Positions 50,283 through 60,907 of a stretch of 64,000 nucleotides of DNA are shown here, one piece after another. Made by a program: the position numbers and the translations under genes. Position 1 is the first letter of the stretch. Each line of letters begins with the position of its first letter. The stretch covers positions 1 through 64,000 of the forward strand of contig MCFE01000244.1 of the NCBI GenBank assembly GCA_002104905.1. The letters run 5' to 3'. Origin of the DNA: Basidiobolus meristosporus CBS 931.73 (lineage: Eukaryota; Fungi; Basidiobolomycota). The notes under the pieces are model-generated. The model was not told the origin of the DNA. It was given only the letters and a program-made list of their open reading frames with translations, and ran no database searches.

Positions 50283-50894
50283 CTACACTACACTACTAGG
50301 AGTTCGGCTCTCTTTGACACCAAGGATGCTAGGGTATCTCCACCAACTCTTGGGTGCACCGACCTGCTTCCGGACGGACGCTAGCTCCTCGGTAGGTGGC
50401 TCCATCTTGAGCGCGGCCGGACCAGACTTGCTGTAACGCAGGTATTGCTTAGCATAGAGTAGCCATTGGGTGAATTCGATTTCGGAAACAAAGAGATCGA
50501 AGCCAATGGCGAATAGGAAGGATTGTTCGAACGAGGTGAGCTCACTCACGCTGATTCCGGAGATGTGTGACCAACTAGAGTTGGTGTAGGTGTCATCCTC
50601 CAGTACTTTGTGGGCCAAGATGACAGCCACCACGAACAGCTGCCTCTCATATCCGCTGATGCGGATCTGAGGATTCTTGGTGACCCGTTGTATGTATTTC
50701 AATGCTAACAAGAGGACCGATGGGGACACACCGCTCGTGTGAAGGATCCGTTCGATGGAAGCGCGCAGGCGAAAGTCGGGTTGGGAGCAGGCGAAGCTCC
50801 GCTGCCACATATGGGCCACCATATCCATGGCAAAATTGGCGATCTTGGGAACAAAATCACCCTGTGAATTGGAGAACAGCTCTATGGGCGTCAT
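50283..50894 (-). CDS. Pho80/Pcl-family cyclin (Clg1/Pcl5-like), 203 aa, single exon
   Basis: Cyclin box VLLLALKYIQR...LFVVAVILAHKVLEDDTYTNSSWSHISGISVSELTSFEQSFLFAIGFDLFV. Confidence 0.88.
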   Translation of the reverse strand: MTPIELFSNSQGDFVPKIANFAMDMVAHMWQRSFACSQPDFRLRASIERILHTSGVSPSVLLLALKYIQRVTKNPQIRISGYERQLFVVAVILAHKVLEDDTYTNSSWSHISGISVSELTSFEQSFLFAIGFDLFVSEIEFTQWLLYAKQYLRYSKSGPAALKMEPPTEELASVRKQVGAPKSWWRYPSILGVKESRTPSSVV

Positions 50895-52110
50895 GAAGTG
50901 ATGTCGTATGAGGAACCAATAGACAAGCGAGTTCTAGTCAGCACTACTACAGCTGCCGGGCCGGTGCGTGGTGCGAGTATATATAGCTCTCGATAACTCG
51001 ACGGCATTTGGACCCTGTCCTCGACCTCTTCCCATTGGACGGAACCCAAGTCAGTTGAGATGCAACGAATTAAGAACAAACCGGCATTTTCCAAGACCTC
51101 GTAATAAACAAATTAGGGGAAAGGATCAGAAATGACCCACTGATATGCCGGAAACCGGACTGCCACTATGATGTCCCATAGAAAACTCAATCAAGCGTCC
51201 GCAATGATTGGAGCAGCCAGATTATGACAGTTACCGTTGTCTTGCAGTTGAGCTGGACTGCACCCCTCGCTACTGAGCAAGGAAGAAGCTGGTTCAATGG
51301 TGTGGGTGACACCCATGAATCTCATCGTTTACGCTGCAACTGATGGCATCGAGGTGGCGTTGTTGTCCTGCCTCCCATTCTCCACTGCTTGCTCAACCTG
51401 GGCCTAGGATTTGGCTTGTCAAGACTCAGCATGTTGGGGAATTGAGTGAGCCAGGCTGGGACATTTGGTACACATGAAATCAGTGTCTCACCAACCACCA
51501 TGACGCGAGATGGATTATCGGCTTACCTCACGCAAGGATAGGGTTACACCATGATCTCAGCCTCCCGAACACTTTTCCCTACGGACTCCATTGATGCATT
51601 GCATAGGTCAAGCGAAGCTGGGTGAATCTCTTCACATGCGATACAAGTTTGCTCGGGTGGGTACCTTGAGATCATGGCACGAAACAGCTTCTCAACCGAG
51701 GCTCAGCCCCCTACTCATCAACTGGTCTCTCCCGTCTACCAATAGCCATGCATGGATTCTATTGGCTACCTGGCCTTCGCATCGATTAGCTATACTATGT
51801 CAGCGGCCGATCGAAGGAAACTGACACAAGCCACCACTACAAAGTTCATCCTCACACCAACCTCCCACTGCGCCAACGGCTACAGCGGGTGTCATAAAGC
51901 GATACTGCTGCTGCTCCATATCCTCGAATGGGATGGCCTCAGAGAAGATCAAGTGGATGGAATTGTACCGATTAATGCCCGCTGCTGGACACACCAGCCA
52001 GATTAATTTATTTGGAACTCAGATATGTGGGGACTCGTGATGGCCGATACCTCGAGCGCGGTAGGTAAAGCATATGTAAAATATCCAAAATATCTCGAAT
52101 CCTGGGCTGC

Positions 52111-53614
52111 TTAGGCCGGAGCAGCTTCAATGATATTGACGACCCCTCGAAGTTTCCATATCTTGGTCACTTGGAAGTCGGCCTGCTGTAGTATCCTTTC
52201 AAAGTCCTCCTGAACTCTCTCCTGCCCGTTGAAGAGACACCTCATCAGCAGGTTCATCTGCTGCACAAGCCTGTCAACGGGGGGATCCTCGATGATCGTG
52301 TCGGCAATCAGCAGTCTCCCATGCGGAGGGATAGCCTTGCGGATGACCGACAATATCCTATGACACTCCGTGTCGTCCCAATCGTGAAGCACGAATCTCA
52401 TGAAGTAAACTTCGTGGCCGGATGGCACCTCCTTGAAAAAATCCCCACCTAGGAACCTCACCTTGGGCAACAGACTCCGGTGGTCCCGTGACCAAACCTG
52501 GGATTCAATGGAAGGGGTTTAGAAAAGCGCATCAAACGATCGGCACAAGCGCCTTACCCGCTTAGCATCCTTGATCACTTCGGGTCGATCCAGCAAGATA
52601 CCGCGAAGCTTTGGGTATCGTTTGTGAAGCTTGTAACTAAACGCACCTACACCACTGCCCACATCAACTATCGTCTCCCCGCTGTGTCGCCGCCAATCAT
52701 AATCTATATGTTTGTGAGGTCATTGTCAGCATAATAAGGGCACCAACAGTTTTGCACTGACCCTCCAGTAAACCACATGTGACCAAGCAATCCTGGCTCA
52801 CCATGCTCCCCTCAAATATGTGTCGCTTCTCAACGTTTTCCGGATGTTTGAACCAGCTCCACACATCTGTCCCATAGGCTTTCTTGAAGGGAACCTCTGT
52901 ACTACCTTCTTGAGCAAACTCAGGCATATGTTCCATCGAGCGATACCATTCCTCTCCCCTAGTAAATACGTGTTCGTCATTGGATCAGGACGCATATATA
53001 GTGGAATCATCATTGGCACCAACCAGCACAATGCCCTGCACCTGGCTGAATTAGGGTGATCCTTTCGAAGGATGTTGGAGAAGGCATTGTTGGCGAACAC
53101 CTGTGAACCGGGCCCATAGATCTCGGTGAAGTATCCGAGCCCCATAAGTAGCCTCATCAGAGCCGCTGCGCAGCAACCAAATCAGCGTTGATGTTCGGGT
53201 GGGAGCATAACTGTGCATAGAATTTGACGTACCTAATACATCCACTTTGAGCGCAGTCTTGCTGGCTATGGCTTCGATTCCCATGGGCTCGAGATGCAAC
53301 AAATCCGGGATCTCATATCTACATACCATATGTAATGCCTTGGCTTCGATGAACGAGCCGATATGTTGCATTACTCTATGATAAGGGGGAAGCAACAAAG
53401 AGTTCACCTTTTCCAGGCCGTGTGACAACGACTGGTAATCAAAGTATTGCTTGGATGGTCGGAGTTGAGAATAGTCAGCGTCAGGATCGGAATCAGGGAG
53501 CAAGTCGCCCACCTCCTCCGCCAGATCGGTCAGTTTGTCGGCCAAGGTCAAGAGGAGCTGTCGAAGCTCTTCCTTGCGTGACAACGAATTGTTATTGCTA
53601 GCAACGTGGGGCAT
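52111..53614 (-). CDS. SAM-dependent O-methyltransferase (Methyltransf_2 type with dimerisation domain), 5 exons, ~417 aa
   Basis: Exons 53614-53233, 53165-53024, 52958-52762, 52703-52558, 52497-52111 sum to 1254 nt with GT-AG introns of 58-67 nt; motifs IVDVGSGVG, LLDRPEVI, GGDFF, LHDWDD, GQER. Confidence 0.9.
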
Positions 53615-54721
53615 CTTGTGATTAATGGAACCTCGAGAGATCGCCACCATTATATTCTCTTGGGCACCTTGATCGCCCCACACGATTTCCCGACTACATA
53701 CCGTTCTAAAACGTGCGGGTGCATATCGACTACAGCTTAATGCCAAGTCCACCAATCTAGTTGTCTCCGAGGAGATTTTGTCGCGTTACCATCATGATAT
53801 CACACCGTTTCAACAAATAATCCACGATTCAATGTAGAGTGCCACATCGGGGAAGGCCCTATAGTCCGACAACTGCGTTACGAAAGAGTATTGAGTCGAG
53901 CGCAAACATGCCAAACCCGGAGTATATCCGTGGATTCTCTGAAAGATCCGCCGGTATGATGGAGACTGGCGATTTCCGTCCACCTGGCTCACACGCCAAG
54001 ACGTTGGCCTAGCTCTTGGCTAGGGAAGTTGGAATCTGATTGAATGCCTTCGAACACACCATTTAATGTATGCACCCCAGGTTGCGCCCGATCGTTAATG
54101 ACCGACTCTTGGCTGGGATTTGATGGATGGTGTTGGCGCTCAGCAACCATTTTCAATTTAATACATTTTTGGCTAGAAGCAGGATTTACATGAATGGGCG
54201 CCTGGAAGAAGGTTGATCATTTGGAAATTGCCATACATCATGTCCTGGTGAGAAGCTAGATGAGTTGGCCAATGGAGAGGCCACTGGCATTGAGTTGGCT
54301 TGACATGTCTTTGTTCCACCTGCTCCCATTGGTCACCCCACCCACCACAGAGAAACAAGTGATACACCAATTGATTGATAATGAATTCCGCAGAAACGCA
54401 GATAGAAGTTGATAGAGTGGACCTCAACTCTCATCCACCACTTAGATTAGATCAGAACTAATCGAAAGACAAGCGAGCTCAGCTTGCCGTGTTTGGTAAG
54501 GGTCGAGTATATGAAATAATTTGGTTTGTTGAACCGGATGGACCACAGCCCTTATGATTCGCGGAATTCCATGATATGTTCTTCCATAACGGGCAGCCGA
54601 GTGAAAGATCCGCCGATTCGAATCTATGTGTAATCTTCTATGATTCATTGCGACCCTTGGTATATGTTCACCTTGACATTGCTTCGTTGAGCTTGCTTCT
54701 CTAGTTATATACACAGCGCTC

Positions 54722-56068
54722 ATGGTTGTCTCTCTATTTCCTGTCGAATATCGTGTTTTGCTTCTCATAGACTTGGGAATCTGGTGCTGGAGCCTGAACC
54801 TCCAACTCTTAAACAAAGCTGGAATAGATGTTCAGATTCTGTTCGAACTGGAGAAAAACGATCACAAGGCCCACCGCGTGTTCTACAACATCGCCCTTGT
54901 GTTTACCCTGATCACCCAGTTCTTCTTGATGTTCTTTTGGCTTCTTGTGAATTTCAACTACAGTGGAATCGTGGCAACGGCCATGTGCTACTTCGTGTTG
55001 CTGTTCTTGACGATATGCCCGTTTAACATCCTACATAAGAAGACCCGGTTCATTTTCTTGAGGTAGCTACGCAAGCCACATTTCGAACCGAACTTTTCGT
55101 CCTCTGACTCTGCTTCACCAGCTCATTGATTAGGATAGTGTTCTCTCCCCTCCGTTCCGAACCCACCTTTGAAGATGTCATCTTGGCGGATATATTAACA
55201 AGCTTTGCCAAAGTTATTACCGGGCTCCTCTTTGCGTTAGGCATGTTCTTCACCTCTCTCAAACACGAGCCCGCCACTCCTGAAGATATGCACCGTGCTT
55301 TCGAGTTATCCTTCATAGGCCCTATCATCACAAGGTCAGTGAATGCACCCCGTTTTTTAACAGCTTGACTCTGACAACAGTTATCTAAAATCATCGTCTT
55401 GAAGCCTTCCCTTCCTGTTCCGACTTCGCCAATGCGTATCGGAGTATCTGACTACCAAGGGGACAGGGTACAAGCCCTTGGCGAATGCAGTTAAGTACGC
55501 CTCAGCTTTCCCGGTGATATTCCTTTCGGCCGCGATGCACAATCAATCCGAAGCGAACGGCAACTTGTTTATTATATGGTACCTTTCGGAAATTATTTCT
55601 ACCCAACATAGCAAGCGCGCATGCTGATCGAGGTGATTTGACCCTGTTAGGTTGCTCGCGGTGATCTTCAACTCGCTCTACTCCTTTTACTGGGACGTGG
55701 TCATGGACTGGGGGCTTGGTGCTCGCTTTTCGGCTGAGAAAGGCACAAGAATGATGCTGCTTCGACAGATCCTAATCTACCGCAAGCCAGTGTATTATAT
55801 CTCCATCCTTATCGACTTCTTTCTACGCACCACCTGGTCCTTAAAGCTATCGGAGAGCCTGAAGTCGGAGGATCTGCTTGCGGGCGGGTTCATTCTAGAG
55901 GTGGCAGAGATCCTTCGACGCTGGCTTTGGATCTACTTTAGGGTCGAGAAAGAATGGATCAGCACGGAACTCGATCGTACGCGAACCAATTACTCGTTGC
56001 AGTTATTGGATTCGTCGGACTCGGAAGATGAGTTGGAGGAATTAAATCTCATCATGAACGAATTGTAA
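54722..56068 (+). CDS. ERD1: EXS-domain membrane protein, ERD1-like (no SPX domain), 4 exons, ~381 aa
   Basis: Exons 54722-55062, 55122-55334, 55405-55578, 55651-56068 sum to 1146 nt; motifs DVILADILTSFAK, FRLRQC, NAVKYASAFPVI, YSFYWDVVMDWGL, LRRWLWIYFRVEKE; symbol assigned by motif resemblance only. Confidence 0.85.
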
Positions 56069-57341
56069 ACAACCTCCCCGACCTTCCCACTAACCACCAT
56101 TGCGGTGCCGAGCCATAGGGTACCCTTCGAGCAATCTACCAATATCGACGACCACAACAGCAATAGCGACAACGACGAAGCCACTCCGTAGGCATTGCTA
56201 AAGTGAATTGAATGGCCTTCGTTAATGATGTGAATCAAATCGAACTGCTATCTGTTCAGCATAACCAATCGCTCCACCACTTGTGTTGTACATAGGCAAA
56301 TAAACGTTAACTCATACTCGACTTTCAGATGGGCATCGGGGATCTCCGGTCCACATTCGAGCATACCTGTCAAACCCTAGATCGCTTCACTTCTTCCTAT
56401 CTATATAACATTCCCAATCAAAGCAACGCCCATCACTATGTCGCCCACCCACGCCAATTGCCGGGGAACGATTTGTCTTGATGGGCCACTCAGATCTTGG
56501 TCTGTTGCGATTCGTTCCGTTACCTTGACCAGGCTTGGGTGGCCTAGTTGTGGGCAGAGGTTTCAGTCCATGCGGTATTGGGCATAGCGGATCGGGTTAA
56601 GCAAAAATCATTGGAACTAGCAACCGATCCAGGATCAATCCATTCGTTGGTTTCACCACACTCAAGTTTAAGGTTTGTGGCACGCATCTAAGCGATTGGC
56701 AGCCATTCGAAGTTTCCCAGGGAGATGCGAGGCGATACGTCAATCCAGGTGAGCAGTTCCGAGGTTCACGGTATCATGGCACCTGGAGAGTGCTTCTCAA
56801 TGAGATCTTTGGTAAAGACCAGATGCATCTGCCTGTGAAGATTATATCAAAGTTTTGGTATGGGGAGTATCTCTGGGGGGGGGGGTGTTGGAACACGACC
56901 ATCTTTATGGACCCCTTGTTCCAAATCAACAAGCACTTTCCCTCCAGGCAACAATTCCAGAATCGCTCACTAAAAAACTCCCATCAGCACCACTCCCCTC
57001 AGGTGAGGGAGGCGGAAGAAGCGTGTTGATACACAGCACTGCGCAACCAAGCATCACCGCCGTGCAGTGCTCCAACATTATCTGGAGACTTACCCTAGGC
57101 CATTGTTCGCAAATTGAAAGAAGCCTGTCTCCAGAGCGTAAGCGTCCCTCACAATGGATTAAGCGATCTACCAGGAGATTTTCAAATGGGCCCAACGCTC
57201 CACACGGTCATATCATACAGGCTACCGATCGACCTCTCCGGATTTTATTCAATGTACAAGTGAGTCATTCTCGCTCTCGCTCCCGGTCTCTCTCTTTCTC
57301 TCAGTGGATCTAGTTTCAACATATGGATGTGAATGAGGGAG

Positions 57342-58274
57342 TCACACAAAATAGCCTTTGCTTGAATAGTGATCATACTCTTTGGGTAGCATCCCGCCGT
57401 TTAAATAGATGTTCCCCATGGGCTGCGCGGAGCTCGTCGGCAAGGTCGCTGCGCTCGGACCCATGGCAGAGGATTGCGAGTCCTGCGCCATCGGGGTTGG
57501 TGCGAAGTTGGACTGGGATTCGGTAGACGACCAGTCGCGTCCGCTGCTATTCTTGCGCAGTTGGCTCAAGAAATACGGCAGACACACCATGACGAAGTTT
57601 ACGGTTAGGTCGATCATGGAGAGTATGGGTGCGTTGGGGCCGAGCGATGTGGTCAGGCTGATGTTGAAGAAGATATTGAACAGGATGGCCAGCGAGTTCG
57701 TCAGGAAAAGGCTGCAGCTGACGGTGGCGATTTCCCGTAACCTGTCGCCTTCCCGTTTGAAAAGCGGCTTCACGAATGGAAACAAGAAAAGCACCAGCAT
57801 GTAGGCCGAGCCGGCGAAGTTCGTGGAGAGTGGAAGATAGGCGGATATCGTGGGGTGGTTGACATAGCATGCTCCCTCCGGCTCGACCTCCGAGTGGTTG
57901 AGGACAGCAGCAATTGGTATTGAAGAAGCGTAAACCAAGGTGATAAGAGAGGGAATCAGCAACACCCAAACACCATGAAATACTTCCCTGTAACGGAGTA
58001 TGTAGAATACAAGCTGGAGCGTATTGCTTCCGTGGTAAAAGATAATGGACAGATCCTCGGCAAATATGCACTTGTCTCTCACCTGACTATTGAGTTGCAC
58101 CATTTTTACTTGCGCATACACGCAGCTGCTAAGAGCTACAAAATACAGGATCCTATGCGAGGTCATGCCGGGAGCGGCAGTCCAACCGCGAACGACAACG
58201 AGCAGGATTGCCGTCACAAGGATTATGCCGAAACAAATGCCAACAATATACGAAGATACACTTGTGGAGACCAT
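57342..58274 (-). CDS. Orphan seven-transmembrane (GPCR-like) protein, 310 aa, single exon
   Basis: Seven hydrophobic stretches; Cys before TM3 (DKC) and in the putative ECL2 (GACYV); LRY at the end of TM3; Ser-rich cytoplasmic tail. Confidence 0.65.
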   Translation of the reverse strand: MVSTSVSSYIVGICFGIILVTAILLVVVRGWTAAPGMTSHRILYFVALSSCVYAQVKMVQLNSQVRDKCIFAEDLSIIFYHGSNTLQLVFYILRYREVFHGVWVLLIPSLITLVYASSIPIAAVLNHSEVEPEGACYVNHPTISAYLPLSTNFAGSAYMLVLFLFPFVKPLFKREGDRLREIATVSCSLFLTNSLAILFNIFFNISLTTSLGPNAPILSMIDLTVNFVMVCLPYFLSQLRKNSSGRDWSSTESQSNFAPTPMAQDSQSSAMGPSAATLPTSSAQPMGNIYLNGGMLPKEYDHYSSKGYFV

Positions 58275-59832
58275 GCTAGCTTGACGGTGTTCTCAACTGC
58301 TCAGGAAGCTCTACGAAGAAAAAAGGCGCCTGGCCAAAGAAGTATCATCCCGGGTAATAGTTTAGTTGGACAGTAGTGAGACATATACATGGGACGTCAA
58401 ATACAGAGGAAGAGAAGATAGGTCACTTGGTTGTTTCAGATGGTGGAACGTCTATCCATCGAGTTTCGTTTCAGATTTTCCTTGCATTCATCTAATCATC
58501 AAGGCGAGCAAACAACCAACCAAGACCTCGCCAGAAGCAAGATGCCTCAAACAGCTGTGTCATACCGCATATGCCTGGAAGAGCACGCCTAGCAATTCCG
58601 CAGAGGTTATTCAAGCTTTAAACCTTCAATTGATCGAGACTAGCGATCCTCGCTAGAGCGTACAAGACATGCTATCTCTGCCCCAATCTCCGGTCATAAA
58701 AAAGACAGTGTGACGTATTCGGAATCATACTAGGCCTTGGGTGATGGATTTGCTGGGAGAAACCGTATTGAATCATGTAGATTACCATCGGCCGCTGGCA
58801 TGAATAGGTTCTGCTTCCCAGAGTGGGACAATCCGTGGATCGAGACAGGATTTGGGGCAGGGGGACAGGTGTGTTAGCCATCCGGCTCTAATGAGCGTCC
58901 AGCATTTGTGTAGCCATGCACGCCCAACACGATGGTCTTGGGGAGCATCCAGTATCTCCTCTGGGCCCTACTCTCAAGGCGCGCAGATTACCGCTGATAG
59001 GCCATTCTTGAACAAAGTGCACCATCGACGTTGGGAGGGCGGGAAATCAGGGAGGTCTACTAGAACGTAGCCCAGAGCCACCCATTGCATCATATACGGC
59101 CGCGAAGCAAGAGCTTCTTGTTTCATCGCCAGGAGGCCACTCACGGGATAGCCCAGATCTGAAATCCCAAGTCCAAACATGGGTTGTGGTAGCCGCCGAC
59201 TGAGAGCATTGCTGATCTCCAGCCAAGATGCATTCCAAGAATTGTCAATTTAACCACGCCACCTGCAACAGCACACAGAAACCTGGCGGTTGTATTGGCT
59301 GGAGGGGTTTCAACGAAATGGATGTGGAATTCCCGGATATCCGCTGCCCATATTGGTAGCGCAGTTGGATACAACATGTGCCATGACAATAGGTTGTGGT
59401 GCTTATCCCCAAATCTCGAGGCTGATCCCTACCCGATAGCTACATCACTGGCTGGATGCGAGCCTCTGGCTCTTGGTATGTTGGCTCAGGGCCAACCCTC
59501 CACGTTCCTTGCCGGGAACAATGCTCGTTGCACTCCTGGCTGTCCAAGACCGATTGCCGCCGTGCGAGTGGCTAGCACCATGAGCCGTGCTACCGAACCG
59601 TTCGTATGGATATGGACTCGTGGGGGCGGATCATGACGTGTCCAGGATCTGAGTTGAATGGTAAATTGTATGGCTGTGTGGATATGAAAAACCTGGTCTT
59701 CAGATTAAAAATATGATGTAAGTCACGCCTTTCGAAGCGTGAATGGTGATGTGCTAGATGACCCCAGTTCCACCATCGCATCGGCTCGAATCGATTTGAG
59801 CGAAGTCATGGCCATCAATCACCATCTCTAGG

Positions 59833-59862
59833 CACCATCACCATCACCATCACCATCGCCAT
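59833..59862. repeat. (CACCAT)n microsatellite
   Basis: caccatcaccatcaccatcaccatcgccat. Confidence 0.8.
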
Positions 59863-60689
59863 TGTCCAAGCCTCAATAGGCTGCGATCAATCATCGAGGG
59901 CAAACCTGTTTTTTGCTATGCAGATGTGCATGTTGCTGATGCTTAGGTCTAGCGTCGAGTCAGATGATCTCCCCCTTCCTATCCAAGCCAGCCCACGGCA
60001 TCAGCCCAGCTCTGATCACGTTGGCTCTAACCACCGTTGCCATTGCTGTTACCAACCCAAAGCATCCCCAGCCAATACCTGGAGGGGAGCGGGAAACCTG
60101 CACCTTCCCGAGCCAAAAGTCCATAAACTCCGATAGATATGTTTACAGTTTCACTAAATATCATCTGTTTGAATGGAATGCATCATTCTTACAATCAACC
60201 ACCGCAATGCAAAGCACTCCATCGTACCTCTCTTTCCTCACGCACCATACTAATGATCCTGGCATTTATATTACTTTCACACAACCAGGCAGAAACCAGA
60301 TGTTACAGAATGATCAACCGTATCATTGATGGCATCGATGTATATTAGGCTGACATTTATAGAAATCCCGGTTGCATGATTCAATCATCCCAGCCCAGGC
60401 TGGCTGGGAGCAGATATTCCCTGTGAAAACCAAGTCACACCCGACAAAATCCATTAAATAAATTGGGACGCGTTGCGAAGCAAGGGATATTTTGCATCAA
60501 ACATACAGTCATCCTCAGCGATAGTGGACAGCGGGGATCCCAAATAAATTCGACCAATTGCTGCACTAGCTAAAAAGAAGGCGCACGCTTCAAACATTTT
60601 TTCAAATCCCAAACTATCTGATCTCTTGTGTTTTGGCTGTACATCGCGAATATTTCCCTTTGTTATCGCTCGGGAAATCTTCACTTGTC

Positions 60690-60760
60690 GCCTCTCTCCC
60701 TCTCTCTCTCTTTCTCCGTCTCTCTCCCTTCCACCCTCCCTATTCTATTTCTTTCCTCCA
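60690..60760 (+). promoter_or_regulatory. CT-rich pyrimidine tract upstream of the chitin synthase gene
   Basis: ctctccctctctctctctttctccgtctctctcccttcc ~150-220 bp before the ATG; regulatory role inferred. Confidence 0.35.
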
Positions 60761-60907
60761 CCCCAACAACCGATCATTCCACTCTGGAATGAATCTATCG
60801 ATAAACCAGAACTCAGCAAACAATCGCCTATACTTTGACCAACCTAACCTTTTCACTAAAGTTCACTCCGAGGCTCCACATACCCTAGCTTGAGAAAGCC
60901 AGTCCAC

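Noticed and set aside
56790-58376. Overlapping ORFs 56855-57313, 57409-57804, 57547-58071 and 57975-58376
   Set aside because: Shadow or alternative-frame ORFs of the 7TM gene or low-information intergenic frames; no supporting motifs.
59833-59862. Poly-His coding tract (HHHHHHHHRH)
   Set aside because: No convincing start or splice context for that frame; simpler as a hexamer microsatellite.
60419-60429. CCCTGTGAAAA matching the TRC terminal consensus inside the gene island
   Set aside because: No TRC subterminal sequence follows it; an 11-bp match is plausible by chance.
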